Shown here: one piece after another, positions 9,145 through 18,682 of the stretch | How the letters are laid out: each line of letters begins with the position of its first letter | Position numbering within the stretch: position 1 is the first letter of the stretch | NCBI GenBank assembly: GCA_903904665.1 | Contig: CAIVDO010000126.1 | Coordinates: forward strand, 1-43,787 | Length of the DNA stretch: 43,787 bases | DNA from: an uncultured Actinomycetes bacterium | GTDB lineage: Bacteria; Actinomycetota; Actinomycetes; Nanopelagicales; Nanopelagicaceae | Direction: 5' to 3' | Made by a program: the position numbers and the translations under genes | The notes under the pieces: generated by a model | What the model was told of the DNA's origin: nothing | What the model saw: the letters and a program-made list of their open reading frames with translations, nothing else | The model's database searches: none

Positions 9145-10266
9145 TTAGTTCTTGGCCGCTTCTAAGGTCACTGAGACAGTTACCTCTTTGCTGTCACGGT
9201 AATAAGTCAAAGTGACCTTATCACCAACGTTTTTAGCACGGATGGCCACGATTAATTCCTCTGGTGCATTGATCGTCTTGCCCTCAAACTCAATGATGAT
9301 ATCTCCAGCCTTAATGCCCGCTTTTGCTGCTGGCCCGCCAGCCAAAATCGCGCTACTAGATTTGGCAACGAGAGCGCCAACTCCTGTGAAATTCATATCA
9401 AGTGAAACTCCTAGTACTGGATATGTTGCCTTTCCAGATTTAATGAGTTGATCGGCAGTTTTCTTTGCTTGATTAATTGGAATTGCAAAACCTAAACCAA
9501 TCGAACCGGTTTGAGATGAAGTTCCTAGTGAGGCAATTGCTGAGTTCACGCCAATCACAGCTCCAGTTGCATCCACAAGTGGACCACCGGAGTTTCCTGG
9601 ATTAATTGCTGCATCGGTTTGCAGTGCGTTTATGAATGAACTTTCAGTTCCTGATTCACCGGCCGTTACTGGTCGATCTTTTGCACTAATGATTCCAAGT
9701 GTGACTGTGCCCGATAGACCAAGCGGTGAGCCAATTGCAATAACTGGATCGCCCACTGCTACTTTTTCGCTATCTCCAAATTGAAGTGCCGGAAGATTTG
9801 TTGCTGCTATTTTAATAATCGCTAAATCATAGGATGCATCTCGGCCAACAATAGTTCCATCATAAACATCACCATTATTGAGTGTTACTCGTAGTGATCC
9901 TTTTCCATCAGCGACATCTGCAATTACATGGTTATTGGTCAAGATGTAGCCATTGCTATCAAAAACAAATCCTGAACCAGTTCCACCTCCAGAAGTGGAA
10001 CGCGTATTAATTGAAACAACTGAGGGCAAAACACGTTGTGCAATGCCAGCGACTGAGTCAGGAGCACGTTCAATTATGCTTGAGGATCTGACGATATTTG
10101 CACTGCTAAATATCGTTCCCCCGGTTGCGGTAACACCAAGGAAACCTCCCAGGCAACTTGCAAGCAGGGCTGTAATAAATATTTTGCTTCGAGAGCTCTT
10201 AGCTGGGAGATTTGTTTCCCACCATGGTCGAGGGTTTTCAGCGCTTTTCTTTCTAGGAAAGATCAT
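9145..10266 (-). CDS. htrA: HtrA/DegP-like serine protease with one PDZ domain
   Basis: TM anchor, TNNHV, DLA, QTDAAINPGNSGG, C-terminal PDZ. Confidence 0.9.
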   Translation of the reverse strand: MIFPRKKSAENPRPWWETNLPAKSSRSKIFITALLASCLGGFLGVTATGGTIFSSANIVRSSSIIERAPDSVAGIAQRVLPSVVSINTRSTSGGGTGSGFVFDSNGYILTNNHVIADVADGKGSLRVTLNNGDVYDGTIVGRDASYDLAIIKIAATNLPALQFGDSEKVAVGDPVIAIGSPLGLSGTVTLGIISAKDRPVTAGESGTESSFINALQTDAAINPGNSGGPLVDATGAVIGVNSAIASLGTSSQTGSIGLGFAIPINQAKKTADQLIKSGKATYPVLGVSLDMNFTGVGALVAKSSSAILAGGPAAKAGIKAGDIIIEFEGKTINAPEELIVAIRAKNVGDKVTLTYYRDSKEVTVSVTLEAAKN

Positions 10267-10278
10267 GTTCCTATCTTC

Positions 10279-10905
10279 CTACAACTTTGTTGCAACTAAC
10301 AAACCATCACCAGTTGGAATCAACGTACTCACCCAATGTTCTGTGTCATTCTTAATGATTTTCCCAGCATCACGCAGGGCAACTGTCTTGATATCACGCT
10401 GGGCTGGATCATTAACTTTTGCCCCACCGAAGAAATTATCGATGACTAAGGCCCCACCACTTCGCAAAATACGGTGGGCCTCGCCGATGACAAAGGCTAA
10501 ATCCTCAGGATCATGACGCACCACTACTAAGTCATAAGCGCGATCTGTGAGTTTTGAGATGACATCTAGAACTGAGTTAGTGATTAAGCGATAGCGAGTA
10601 GGTGAAATATCTGCATCAGAAAGTGCGGTTTTTGCTGCCTGCGTATGTTCCATTTCATCATCGATTGAGGTCAATGTTCCACTATTAATCATTCCATCTA
10701 ATAACCACAAACTTCCAACACCTGATCCTGTGCCAACTTCAACAACTGATTGGGCAGAAAGCGTAAAAGCAAGATGACGAAGATAAGCACCCACGCCAGG
10801 AGTTACATCGATTGCACCGATTTCGACACCGCGCGCACGCGCATGAACCTTAAAGGGATCCTCAGCAATAAATCCTTCAGCATAAGTATGTGGATCAATT
10901 CTCAT
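10279..10905 (-). CDS. O-methyltransferase (Rv1220c-like)
   Basis: VEVGTGSGV SAM motif; start moved to ATG 10905 (ATGA overlap with pepA stop). Confidence 0.85.
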   Translation of the reverse strand: MRIDPHTYAEGFIAEDPFKVHARARGVEIGAIDVTPGVGAYLRHLAFTLSAQSVVEVGTGSGVGSLWLLDGMINSGTLTSIDDEMEHTQAAKTALSDADISPTRYRLITNSVLDVISKLTDRAYDLVVVRHDPEDLAFVIGEAHRILRSGGALVIDNFFGGAKVNDPAQRDIKTVALRDAGKIIKNDTEHWVSTLIPTGDGLLVATKL

Positions 10906-12392
10906 TTTAAATTCATTATCCACTGAGTAAGCAAACGAACTCCATAGCCGGTGCCACCTTTTGGATTTTCTCCTGAATCATTTTCACTTCGTCCCGTGCC
11001 GGCGATATCAAGGTGAACCCACCGGCGGTTGCCAGCAAAATGCTCTAGAAATAAAGCTGCCGTCACAGAACCAGCTGAATACTTAACCTTCTTTGCAATG
11101 TGGCTAAAATCTGCAATGTCACTTATAAGTGCATCCTTATAGTCATCGATTAGTGGCATATGCCAAACGCGATCACCGGATTCATTGCCTGCAGCTTCAA
11201 ACTCTCTTGCAAGTTTTTCATCGCGCGTATACATCGCGGCATATTGCTTACCTAGACCAAGAGTTGCAGCTCCGGTGAGCGTTGCAATATCAACTAAGTA
11301 ATCTGGATCAAGGTTCTTATCGGCATAAGCAAGGCCATCAGCTAAAACTAAACGGCCCTCGGCATCCGTGTCTCCAACTTCAACAGTTGTGCCGCCATAG
11401 TGCGTAATTACATCGCTGGGACGCTGCGCAGTACCTGAAAATGCGTTTTCTGCACACATCATCAAAGCGGTTACGCGAATATTTGGTTGCAGCTCTTCAA
11501 GGGCAGTAAGTGTTGCAAGAATTGCTGCAGCACCTGCCATATCGCTCTTCATTGGAATCATTAAGTCATAGGGCCGCTTAAGATTTATTCCACCAGTGTC
11601 ATACGTGATTCCCTTACCCACTAGAACTACATGCGGGAGGGCTGCGTGTGAACTTTTCTTTTTAGATGGCGCATAACTAACCTCAATAAAACGAGGGCCA
11701 GGCTTGGGCGAAGAGTTACCAACAGCGCTTAGACCGCCAAACTCTTTCAACTCTTTTCCGGCAAGAACTTTTACTTTGAGCCCGGTTCCTTTAGAAAATT
11801 CTTGAGCTTTAGTAGCCATCCACGCAGGAGTCTTAATATTAGAAGGCGTATGAACCAAATCACGAGCACGCGTAATCGCTTTCGCAATAGAGAGAGCAGC
11901 ATCGATTGTCTCCTTTTCATTTGTTGCTACTAGGAAATGTGGTTTACCTGCTGGTTCACCAGTCTTTAAACTCCAAAGATATGCGCCAAGTGTTAAAGCA
12001 ATTGCATGCGCTTTAACATCTTTACTGGTTATGGCGCATGCGCAATAGACCGTTGTATTTTTTCCTCGAACTTTTCTGGCAATAGTTGTAGCTGCTATGC
12101 GAAATGACGCCGTTGAACCATCACCTATTCCAACTAAGAAGATCCGATCGGTTAGCGAATTTTGCGCGCTAACAGGAATCTCAAATAACTCTCCCGGCTT
12201 TGCGGCAGCTGTGAAAAATGAAAGTTCATCGACTAGATTGATTTCAAAATGCTTTTCAATATCGGCAATTAAAGTTCCTGGAGCAGTAAAGGAAATAAGA
12301 CCTGCGGCATCTTTGCTAAAAGCTAGAGCAATTGAGTGCGCGCTTGTTGCTACTGAAAGTTGTGGCTTTGCAGCTGAAAGTGTCCAGAACAT
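10902..12392 (-). CDS. pepA: M17 leucyl aminopeptidase
   Basis: GKGITYDTGG, MKSDMAG, TDAEGRL, DIATLTG, HLDIAG. Confidence 0.9.
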   Translation of the reverse strand: MFWTLSAAKPQLSVATSAHSIALAFSKDAAGLISFTAPGTLIADIEKHFEINLVDELSFFTAAAKPGELFEIPVSAQNSLTDRIFLVGIGDGSTASFRIAATTIARKVRGKNTTVYCACAITSKDVKAHAIALTLGAYLWSLKTGEPAGKPHFLVATNEKETIDAALSIAKAITRARDLVHTPSNIKTPAWMATKAQEFSKGTGLKVKVLAGKELKEFGGLSAVGNSSPKPGPRFIEVSYAPSKKKSSHAALPHVVLVGKGITYDTGGINLKRPYDLMIPMKSDMAGAAAILATLTALEELQPNIRVTALMMCAENAFSGTAQRPSDVITHYGGTTVEVGDTDAEGRLVLADGLAYADKNLDPDYLVDIATLTGAATLGLGKQYAAMYTRDEKLAREFEAAGNESGDRVWHMPLIDDYKDALISDIADFSHIAKKVKYSAGSVTAALFLEHFAGNRRWVHLDIAGTGRSENDSGENPKGGTGYGVRLLTQWIMNLK

Positions 12393-12399
12393 GCGTTGT

Positions 12400-12405
12400 A
12401 GGCTA
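12400..12405 (-). promoter_or_regulatory. -10 element, leaderless pepA
   Basis: TAGCCT, 7 nt before ATG 12392. Confidence 0.6.
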
Positions 12406-12420
12406 TCGCCTGTTTGTGAT

Positions 12421-12600
12421 TTACTTCTTGACTAATGCAACCGCTGCATGAAGAGCGGCGCTGAGATTATTAGCCTCTTCAGAGTTAAGTTCGACGACCA
12501 GACGGCCACCGCCTTCTAGTGGAATTCGCATCACGAGTGAGCGAGCCTCCTTTGTAACCTCCATAGGACCATCACCGGTACGGGGTTTCATGGCTGCCAT
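12421..12600 (-). CDS. DUF3117 family small protein (59 aa), absent from the ORF track
   Basis: Hand translation MAAMKPRTGDGPMEVTKEARSLVMRIPLEGGGRLVVELNSEEANNLSAALHAAVALVKK*; SD AAAGGAG 7 nt upstream. Confidence 0.92.
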   Translation of the reverse strand: MAAMKPRTGDGPMEVTKEARSLVMRIPLEGGGRLVVELNSEEANNLSAALHAAVALVKK

Positions 12601-12686
12601 GTGGAGACTCCTTTAAAGATTGAAGAGGGAAGTTCAAGAGGAGAAGTATCTCGCATGTAGAGCGCTAGAGCGAAATCGTGCAGGCC

Positions 12687-12878
12687 CTACAAGCCTAAAA
12701 CCGCGCTCAACCTCGCCTTTCCGGCGGAAATAACAGCATCTACTGCGCGCTGTGGCACTTTTAGCATTGTTGCAATCTCACCCGATGACATCGAGCGCAG
12801 ATAGTGCAAGGTCAAGATGATCCGCTCCTCTTCAGGTAGCGATGCCAACACCTGGGCCAATGTGGTGGGCTCGCTCAT
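12687..12878 (-). CDS. Stand-alone sigma-70 region-4 HTH protein (63 aa)
   Basis: LASLPEEERIILTLHY..MSSGEIATML..V...ISAGKARL fits the region 4.2 pattern; has its own -10. Confidence 0.75.
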   Translation of the reverse strand: MSEPTTLAQVLASLPEEERIILTLHYLRSMSSGEIATMLKVPQRAVDAVISAGKARLSAVLGL

Positions 12879-12885
12879 GGTTCTA

Positions 12886-12906
12886 AGGCTACTGGCATTG
12901 AATGCC
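12886..12906 (-). promoter_or_regulatory. -10 element plus adjacent palindrome
   Basis: TAGCCT (12886-12891), 7 nt before ATG 12878; GGCATT-G-AATGCC at 12894-12906. Confidence 0.55.
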
Positions 12907-12925
12907 CTTGCCGTTGAGGGTGGTT

Positions 12926-13351
12926 CTAACGGAATGTTCGAGCAAAACGGGCCAGAGAGATTCGCACACCTAAATAGAGTCCGGGCCAGATAAGAAAGAA
13001 GATCGCACGAGGGGCTATTACTTCTTCAGACCAATCAAAAATTGTTGTCTGAGGATCTATTTCGCGCAGATGAAATCTACCTGTCCCTTTGATAATTCTT
13101 CCGGTGTGCACCACATCGCATGTGTGAGGAGGTTGCCAAGAGGTAACTGACATCGTGTCGAGAATTCCTAATGGGCCGATTCCTGTAAAAGCACTTATTG
13201 ATGTGCCAACACCTTGCGTGATTTGCGAAGTCACCCATACTTTTGTCTGCAACATCCAATCGCCTTGTTTTTCCCACTGGGCTAAGGAATCCCAGACTGT
13301 TTGTATGGGTGCTTTTATCGTTAATGAAATTGCAATGTTATTACTAGACAT
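12926..13351 (-). CDS. SRPBCC/START-like family protein
   Basis: I.AP...VW..L..W pattern, 141 aa; TAATG coupling with LOG. Confidence 0.75.
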   Translation of the reverse strand: MSSNNIAISLTIKAPIQTVWDSLAQWEKQGDWMLQTKVWVTSQITQGVGTSISAFTGIGPLGILDTMSVTSWQPPHTCDVVHTGRIIKGTGRFHLREIDPQTTIFDWSEEVIAPRAIFFLIWPGLYLGVRISLARFARTFR

Positions 13352-13881
13352 TATTGGCAGGCTTTTAGTGCTTGATTGACATCAGTAGTCCACGAGATTA
13401 ATTCGCGCATGCCTGGCTTAATAAAATTTTCAACTTCTAAATGTTCGACTAATTCATGTAAAGGGTTATAGATTCCAAATGGATCTAAGATTACGACTGG
13501 TTTATTGTGAAACTTTAAGTATCGCCCAACCCAAATCTCAAAAAACTCTTCTAGCGTTCCAGCGCCACCCGGCAAAGTAATAAATGCATCTGCAATATCT
13601 GTGATCATTGCTTTGCGCTCACCCATAGTTTCCACAACATGAAGCTCATCGTTATCGTGGTCAGCGAACTCAATATCAACCAGTGCTTGGGGAATTACAC
13701 CCACTGTTCGCCCACCGGCCTGGCGTGCGCCACGAGAAACAGCGCCCATCATTGAAATATGCCCGCCACCAGTAACTAACTCCCAAGAGTTAGATGCGAT
13801 CGCCCCGCCAAGTTCAAATGCAAGGTCAACGTACTTTGGGTCAATCGTTGGTGATGATGAACAAAAGACTGCAATGCGCAT
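13351..13881 (-). CDS. LOG family (TIGR00730) nucleotide phosphoribohydrolase
   Basis: IAVFCSS, VTGGG, ERK, PGGAGTLEE; start moved to ATG 13881. Confidence 0.88.
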   Translation of the reverse strand: MRIAVFCSSSPTIDPKYVDLAFELGGAIASNSWELVTGGGHISMMGAVSRGARQAGGRTVGVIPQALVDIEFADHDNDELHVVETMGERKAMITDIADAFITLPGGAGTLEEFFEIWVGRYLKFHNKPVVILDPFGIYNPLHELVEHLEVENFIKPGMRELISWTTDVNQALKACQ

Positions 13882-13888
13882 GCAGGTA

Positions 13889-13905
13889 AGGATAGGGGTT
13901 AGGCT
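13889..13905. promoter_or_regulatory. Back-to-back -10 elements for LOG (-) and dapD (+)
   Basis: TATCCT on - (13889-13894, 7 nt to ATG) and TAGGCT on + (13900-13905, 6 nt to ATG) within a 30-bp gap. Confidence 0.62.
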
Positions 13906-13911
13906 TAGGAC

Positions 13912-14829
13912 ATGACGACCATCGCATCTGGACACGGAATCGCCACTTTAGCCCAAGGCAAAGTTCTCGATGTCTGGTTTCCATCCCCACAAATTGCTGC
14001 ACTTGCTGCAACGCTTCCAAGTGAGTTAGCAGTACTAGTTGGAGAAGATGATGCTCGCGCAGTTACTCGCGAAATAATTAGCCGTGAAATTGATATAACT
14101 GTTGCTCCAGTTGATGCCGCTGATGCTTACTTGCGTCTACATCTCTTATCTCACCGCTTAGTAAAGCCTCATGGAGTTGTACTTGATGGCATATTCGGGT
14201 TGCTCAATAACGTTGTATGGACATCTGTTGGACCATGCGCAGTTGAAGGCTTTGAATTAACTCGCGCACGCCTTAAAGCAAAGTATGGTCACATTACAGT
14301 TTTATCAGTAGATAAATTTCCTCGTATGGTTGATTACGTAATACCAAGTGGAGTTCGCATCGCAGATGCCGATCGTGTTCGTCTTGGCGCACATCTTGCA
14401 TCTGGAACAACTGTGATGCATGAAGGTTTTGTGAACTTTAACGCTGGCACCCTTGGAACATCCATGGTCGAAGGTCGAATCTCAGCAGGGGTTGTTGTCG
14501 GTGATGGCTCAGATATTGGTGGCGGTGCATCGATTATGGGAACTCTCAGCGGTGGTGGAAAAGAAGTTATCTCAATTGGAGAAAAATCTTTACTGGGCGC
14601 TAACTCTGGTTGTGGGATTTCACTAGGTGATAACTGCGTAATTGAAGCTGGAACTTATGTGACAGCTGCATCAAAGGTGCGTTTACCTGATGGTGAAGTC
14701 GTCAAAGCAGCTGCACTTTCAGGTGGACATAATCTTCTCTTTCGCCGTAACTCACTTGATGGCGCAGTCGAAGCAATTAATCGCACTGGTACCTGGGGCG
14801 GGCTTAACTCAATTCTGCACGCTAACTAA
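13912..14829 (+). CDS. dapD: Tetrahydrodipicolinate N-succinyltransferase
   Basis: [39 protein letters not shown], hexapeptide repeats. Confidence 0.94.
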   Translation: MTTIASGHGIATLAQGKVLDVWFPSPQIAALAATLPSELAVLVGEDDARAVTREIISREIDITVAPVDAADAYLRLHLLSHRLVKPHGVVLDGIFGLLNNVVWTSVGPCAVEGFELTRARLKAKYGHITVLSVDKFPRMVDYVIPSGVRIADADRVRLGAHLASGTTVMHEGFVNFNAGTLGTSMVEGRISAGVVVGDGSDIGGGASIMGTLSGGGKEVISIGEKSLLGANSGCGISLGDNCVIEAGTYVTAASKVRLPDGEVVKAAALSGGHNLLFRRNSLDGAVEAINRTGTWGGLNSILHAN

Positions 14830-16038
14830 AGAAAACCAAGCTGAAGGAATCTTTGTCCGGCTCCTAAAAACTTCACCACGTAAAACTGCATGGACTCCAG
14901 CAGTTGATGTTGCTTGAATCTGGGCAACAGTGCCGCTCTCATTTGTACCTAAGATTTCTAAGGTAGCGACATCCGGTAATAGAAAAGCAGCAGCAATAAT
15001 TTCCTGTGAAACTTGTCGATCCCATGCCACAAAACGGGGATTTAGAGCCAAATCTAGCGAACCTGGATCATCAACAATCTGCGTGTATGCCTTGGCACTA
15101 CCCCATGCATTTAATGAGAGTTCGGTTTTGCCCCCAGATGATGAGAAGAAATAGGCGGTAATTGCTGCTCCGGCTTGCGTAATTGTTAAGCCTGCTGTGC
15201 GAGTCACAACCTCTTTCCAAATCACTCCATATTTCTTTTCTAACTCTTTGGCATAACCTAAAAAGCTTTGATCAGAGATTTCGCCGTATAGGTCGCAATC
15301 GCAAGCACTTCTATAGATACCAGCTTTACTTAACGCATACGTTCTTGAAGCTATCGCTTGTGCTTCAAGGGCCGCAACTGGCCAATATGAAGGCATCTCG
15401 CTCACGCCCCATAAATATTCATCTGCAAGGCGAACTGAGTTGGTTATTTCAATTCGATAGCCAGATGCGCTCTTAACTGCTTTAACTTGTATCTGTCCAT
15501 AACGATATTTCCGCGTGAGTCCTGAGTGGTTTACAGAAATGACACTCTCTGGGCCCTCTAAATACCTAGTGCCACTCCAGCGAACTGTGAAAGATCTGCT
15601 TCGGGTGAGCACTTGAGTGTTTTTGCCAATAGTCACGCGCGGACTAACTGTAGAGCCAATAATTGAGAAAGAGATTGAGTCAGCCGTTGAAAGTACTGGT
15701 ACAGAACTTTCATTACCTGCTTCGCCTTGAATAATCTGAAGTGGCGCAGTTTTTGTGATTGTTGAAATCTTTGCACTAGAAAGTAAGTGACCGATATTGA
15801 CACGCAATATTTTTGAATCATCCTTTTGTTCAATTGCCACATCTTTATAGAAATACTTAAGGATTTGATCTGAATTTTGACCGGCAAGAGCCATTGCTCG
15901 TGCACCCATCTGACTTAGTCCTACTCCATGTCCGTAACCAGAGCCATGAAAAGAAAAATCCGTAGGCAAATCAACTGCATGCGCTTGGGGAGTTAGTAAT
16001 GAAAATATAAGAAGCAGAGCTGTAAAAGCTTTAGACAT
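14809..16038 (-). CDS. Secreted SpoIID/LytB-domain protein (putative lytic transglycosylase)
   Basis: Signal peptide, [39 protein letters not shown]; start at ATG 16038 inferred. Confidence 0.82.
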   Translation of the reverse strand: MSKAFTALLLIFSLLTPQAHAVDLPTDFSFHGSGYGHGVGLSQMGARAMALAGQNSDQILKYFYKDVAIEQKDDSKILRVNIGHLLSSAKISTITKTAPLQIIQGEAGNESSVPVLSTADSISFSIIGSTVSPRVTIGKNTQVLTRSRSFTVRWSGTRYLEGPESVISVNHSGLTRKYRYGQIQVKAVKSASGYRIEITNSVRLADEYLWGVSEMPSYWPVAALEAQAIASRTYALSKAGIYRSACDCDLYGEISDQSFLGYAKELEKKYGVIWKEVVTRTAGLTITQAGAAITAYFFSSSGGKTELSLNAWGSAKAYTQIVDDPGSLDLALNPRFVAWDRQVSQEIIAAAFLLPDVATLEILGTNESGTVAQIQATSTAGVHAVLRGEVFRSRTKIPSAWFSLVSVQN

Positions 16039-16828
16039 CCTCATCGATGGCTGCGCTCTTTCCGACCTGCAAAAACTCACGATAAGCCTTGATTACAGTT
16101 GTTGGTTCACCGCGCTGCACAAGCTTGCCTTTGTGAAGCCAGGCTACGTCATTGCAAACATCTTCTAACGTTGCCATCGCATGGCTTACTAAAATAAGTG
16201 CTCGGTCATCACTTCGAAGTTCTTTAATGCGATTGAGAGATTTTTCCTTAAACTTTGCATCTCCTGTGCTCAGCGCCTCATCCACAATCAAGATATCTGG
16301 GCGCACTGTGGCAGCTACTGAAAAAGCTAAACGTGCATACATGCCTGATGAATAGGTACGCATTGGGGCATCAATTGCATCACCTAACTCTGAAAAATCA
16401 GCAATTTCGGCGAAATGACTATCAATTTCATCGCGAGACATTCCAGCAGCTAGCCCGCCGAGATACACATTGTCTCGGCCTGACATTGAAGGGTTAAAGC
16501 CAACTCCTAAGGCAAGCAAAGTACTGACGCTTCCATAAACCTCAACGCGGCCTTGAGTGGGCGGCAAAATTCCAGCGATAACACGCATTAATGAGGATTT
16601 ACCGGCACCATTTGTTCCAATAACTCCTAGAACCTGGCCGTATTCGACATCTAGATTTACATTATCTAATGCGCGAATAACTCGAGTTTGTTTTCCTCCA
16701 CGACCAAATGCCTTAACACGTGCTTTTAAAGTCGGTCTGCGATCAATGGCAGTCGTGTATGTAAGACCAAGATCGCGAACAGATACCGCAATTTCATTGG
16801 TTTTATGTGAATTAGAGGCGGACGGCAA
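16031..16828 (-). CDS. Polysaccharide/teichoic-acid ABC exporter ATPase (Wzt/TagH-like)
   Basis: GTNGAGKS, YSSGM, VDEALSTGD, VSH; TTG 16828 preceded by AAGGGAG. Confidence 0.88.
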   Translation of the reverse strand: MPSASNSHKTNEIAVSVRDLGLTYTTAIDRRPTLKARVKAFGRGGKQTRVIRALDNVNLDVEYGQVLGVIGTNGAGKSSLMRVIAGILPPTQGRVEVYGSVSTLLALGVGFNPSMSGRDNVYLGGLAAGMSRDEIDSHFAEIADFSELGDAIDAPMRTYSSGMYARLAFSVAATVRPDILIVDEALSTGDAKFKEKSLNRIKELRSDDRALILVSHAMATLEDVCNDVAWLHKGKLVQRGEPTTVIKAYREFLQVGKSAAIDEDV

Positions 16829-17639
16829 ATTCGCGCTCCCTTGATAAGAAGAAGTAAGTACCAATTAGAAATATTCCAACTGCCCAACCAAGTGCAATGA
16901 GCAAATGTGAAAGATGTGGAACTTGCCCATGAACTAATGCACGTGACCAACTATCAAGAATTGGGAAAAGTGGATTAAAGAGCTCTAAAGTTTTTAACTT
17001 AGGTTTTAAATCAGAGGCTTCATAAAGAATTGGTGACAAATACAATAATGTCCGAGTCATATATGGCAAGAAACTCGCGATATCTCTGAAATAGACATTG
17101 ATGCAGGAAATTGTAATTGCCAATCCGAGTGCTAATAAAATAGTTATTAGTAGCACGGGTATAGCCCACAACATCTGCCAAGCAAATGGAATCCCTAAGA
17201 CGGTTCGTATAACTAAAAACACCGCAAGAGTTGGTAGAAACTTAAAGAGTGCGATTACAACGGCTGAGATCGGCAACATGATTCTTGGGAAAGCTGTATT
17301 GAGAATTAGGCGCTGCCCAGCCGTAATGGATTTAACTCCGCCTGTTAATGAGTTTGCAACTAGATAAAAGAGGAACAATGTTGCAGTCAGGTGGGCATAA
17401 CGAGTGCTATCGGAAGAGCCACGGATAATGACTATTAAAAGAAAATAGACCGCTGATAAAAGTAGGGGATTTAAAACTAACCACATCTGACCAAAGGCCG
17501 AATCAAAGTGTTGCTCGCGTAGCTCAGAGCGTGAGTATTCAGCGATAAAAGTTCGACGAGACCAGAGCGACTTGCGATATTTACCTAGCGGTGGCAGGCC
17601 AGCCCGAAATGGCTCATAAACCTGCAGTGGCGTGCTCAC
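16812..17639 (-). CDS. ABC-2 exporter permease (Wzm/TagG-like)
   Basis: G..W..LNPL, VYFRDI, SPILY, NPL; GTG 17639 overlaps the GT2 stop (GTGA). Confidence 0.86.
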   Translation of the reverse strand: MSTPLQVYEPFRAGLPPLGKYRKSLWSRRTFIAEYSRSELREQHFDSAFGQMWLVLNPLLLSAVYFLLIVIIRGSSDSTRYAHLTATLFLFYLVANSLTGGVKSITAGQRLILNTAFPRIMLPISAVVIALFKFLPTLAVFLVIRTVLGIPFAWQMLWAIPVLLITILLALGLAITISCINVYFRDIASFLPYMTRTLLYLSPILYEASDLKPKLKTLELFNPLFPILDSWSRALVHGQVPHLSHLLIALGWAVGIFLIGTYFFLSREREFAVRL

Positions 17640-18646
17640 GGTCGTAAGGCTACCCCAGGGGCCAATGACTTTGGCGAAGTTAGAAAGCCAATGCCCCATG
17701 TCATATGCATTGTGAGCAAAATAAGTGGCAGTGAGACAAACTCTGCCAGCGACTTTCCAATTCTTGCCGATGCAATAAGAATGAATAGAGCGTACGTCAA
17801 TGCAGGAATGAAAAATATCGGTGAGGCACTAATACCAAGGATGAGTGAAGAGAGAACCCCAATAACCGTAAATGGCGGTGCTAAATATCTGTAGTTAATT
17901 GTGCCTTCATGTCTGCGTGATACAACTCGGCGCCAACGACCGTATTCAAAATATTGTTTGGCAAGAGCTCTCACGCTTCCACGTGGTCGGTATGTAACCA
18001 CTAATCGAGGATCAAAGAAAACAACTCCACCGGCTGCTCGTAACCGATAGTTAAGCTCCCAATCTTGCGCACGTGTAAATTTCTCATCAAATCCACCAAC
18101 AGCGACTAGAGCTTGTTTTCTAAATGCACCTAAGTAGACAGTGTCCACTGAACCTGCGCCGCCGCCTGTATGAAAGCGTGATGCACCAACACCTAGTGGG
18201 CTTCGCATCGCACGTGCAACTGATTTTTCAAAAATACTTTGACCTTCGGCAGCCATGATGCCACCAACGTTAACGGCGCCACTTTCTGTCAAAACCTTAA
18301 AAGCAAGAGATAAATAATTATTGGGAATCCTGGAATGGCCATCGACCCGGACGATAATTGAATACTTGGTCGCAGCAACGGCAAGATTTAAACCAGCTGC
18401 AGTTCGTCCTGTGGGATTTTCAACCACAACGATACGAGGATCTCTTTGAGATAAAGCGTGGGCAATCTTTTCAGTGCCATCATGAGATGGTCCCACTGCC
18501 AGAATAATTTCTACCAGTCCATCAAAATCCTGATCGAGAATGGCATTCACAGACTCTTCTAAATATTTAGACTCGTTAAGTACTGGCAGGATTACGGAGA
18601 TTTTGGGCTCCGGTGAGCCATATAACTCATTTGCTGATGTCGTCAT
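17636..18646 (-). CDS. Family 2 glycosyltransferase (ExoA-like)
   Basis: SVILPVLNE, RVDGH, GGFDE, QDWELN, QYFEYG; C-terminal TM helices. Confidence 0.88.
   Translation of the reverse strand: MTTSANELYGSPEPKISVILPVLNESKYLEESVNAILDQDFDGLVEIILAVGPSHDGTEKIAHALSQRDPRIVVVENPTGRTAAGLNLAVAATKYSIIVRVDGHSRIPNNYLSLAFKVLTESGAVNVGGIMAAEGQSIFEKSVARAMRSPLGVGASRFHTGGGAGSVDTVYLGAFRKQALVAVGGFDEKFTRAQDWELNYRLRAAGGVVFFDPRLVVTYRPRGSVRALAKQYFEYGRWRRVVSRRHEGTINYRYLAPPFTVIGVLSSLILGISASPIFFIPALTYALFILIASARIGKSLAEFVSLPLILLTMHMTWGIGFLTSPKSLAPGVALRP
17647..17652 (-). promoter_or_regulatory. Internal -10 element for the exporter genes
   Basis: TAGCCT, 7 nt before GTG 17639, inside the GT2 3' end. Confidence 0.45.
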
Positions 18647-18670
18647 AACCCCTACACCGTATCGTCCAAG

Positions 18671-18676
18671 TACTCT
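18671..18676 (+). promoter_or_regulatory. -10 element, leaderless LCP gene
   Basis: TACTCT, 6 nt before GTG 18683. Confidence 0.55.
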
Positions 18677-18682
18677 TACCCG

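Noticed and set aside
9953-10516. 187-aa antisense ORF (likewise 6642-7118, 27056-27565 and the other short nested ORFs)
   Set aside because: Lie wholly opposite or within well-supported genes, with no family motifs
18656-18661. TACGGT as leaderless -10 for GT2
   Set aside because: 9-nt spacing falls outside the 6-7 nt pattern, so not counted
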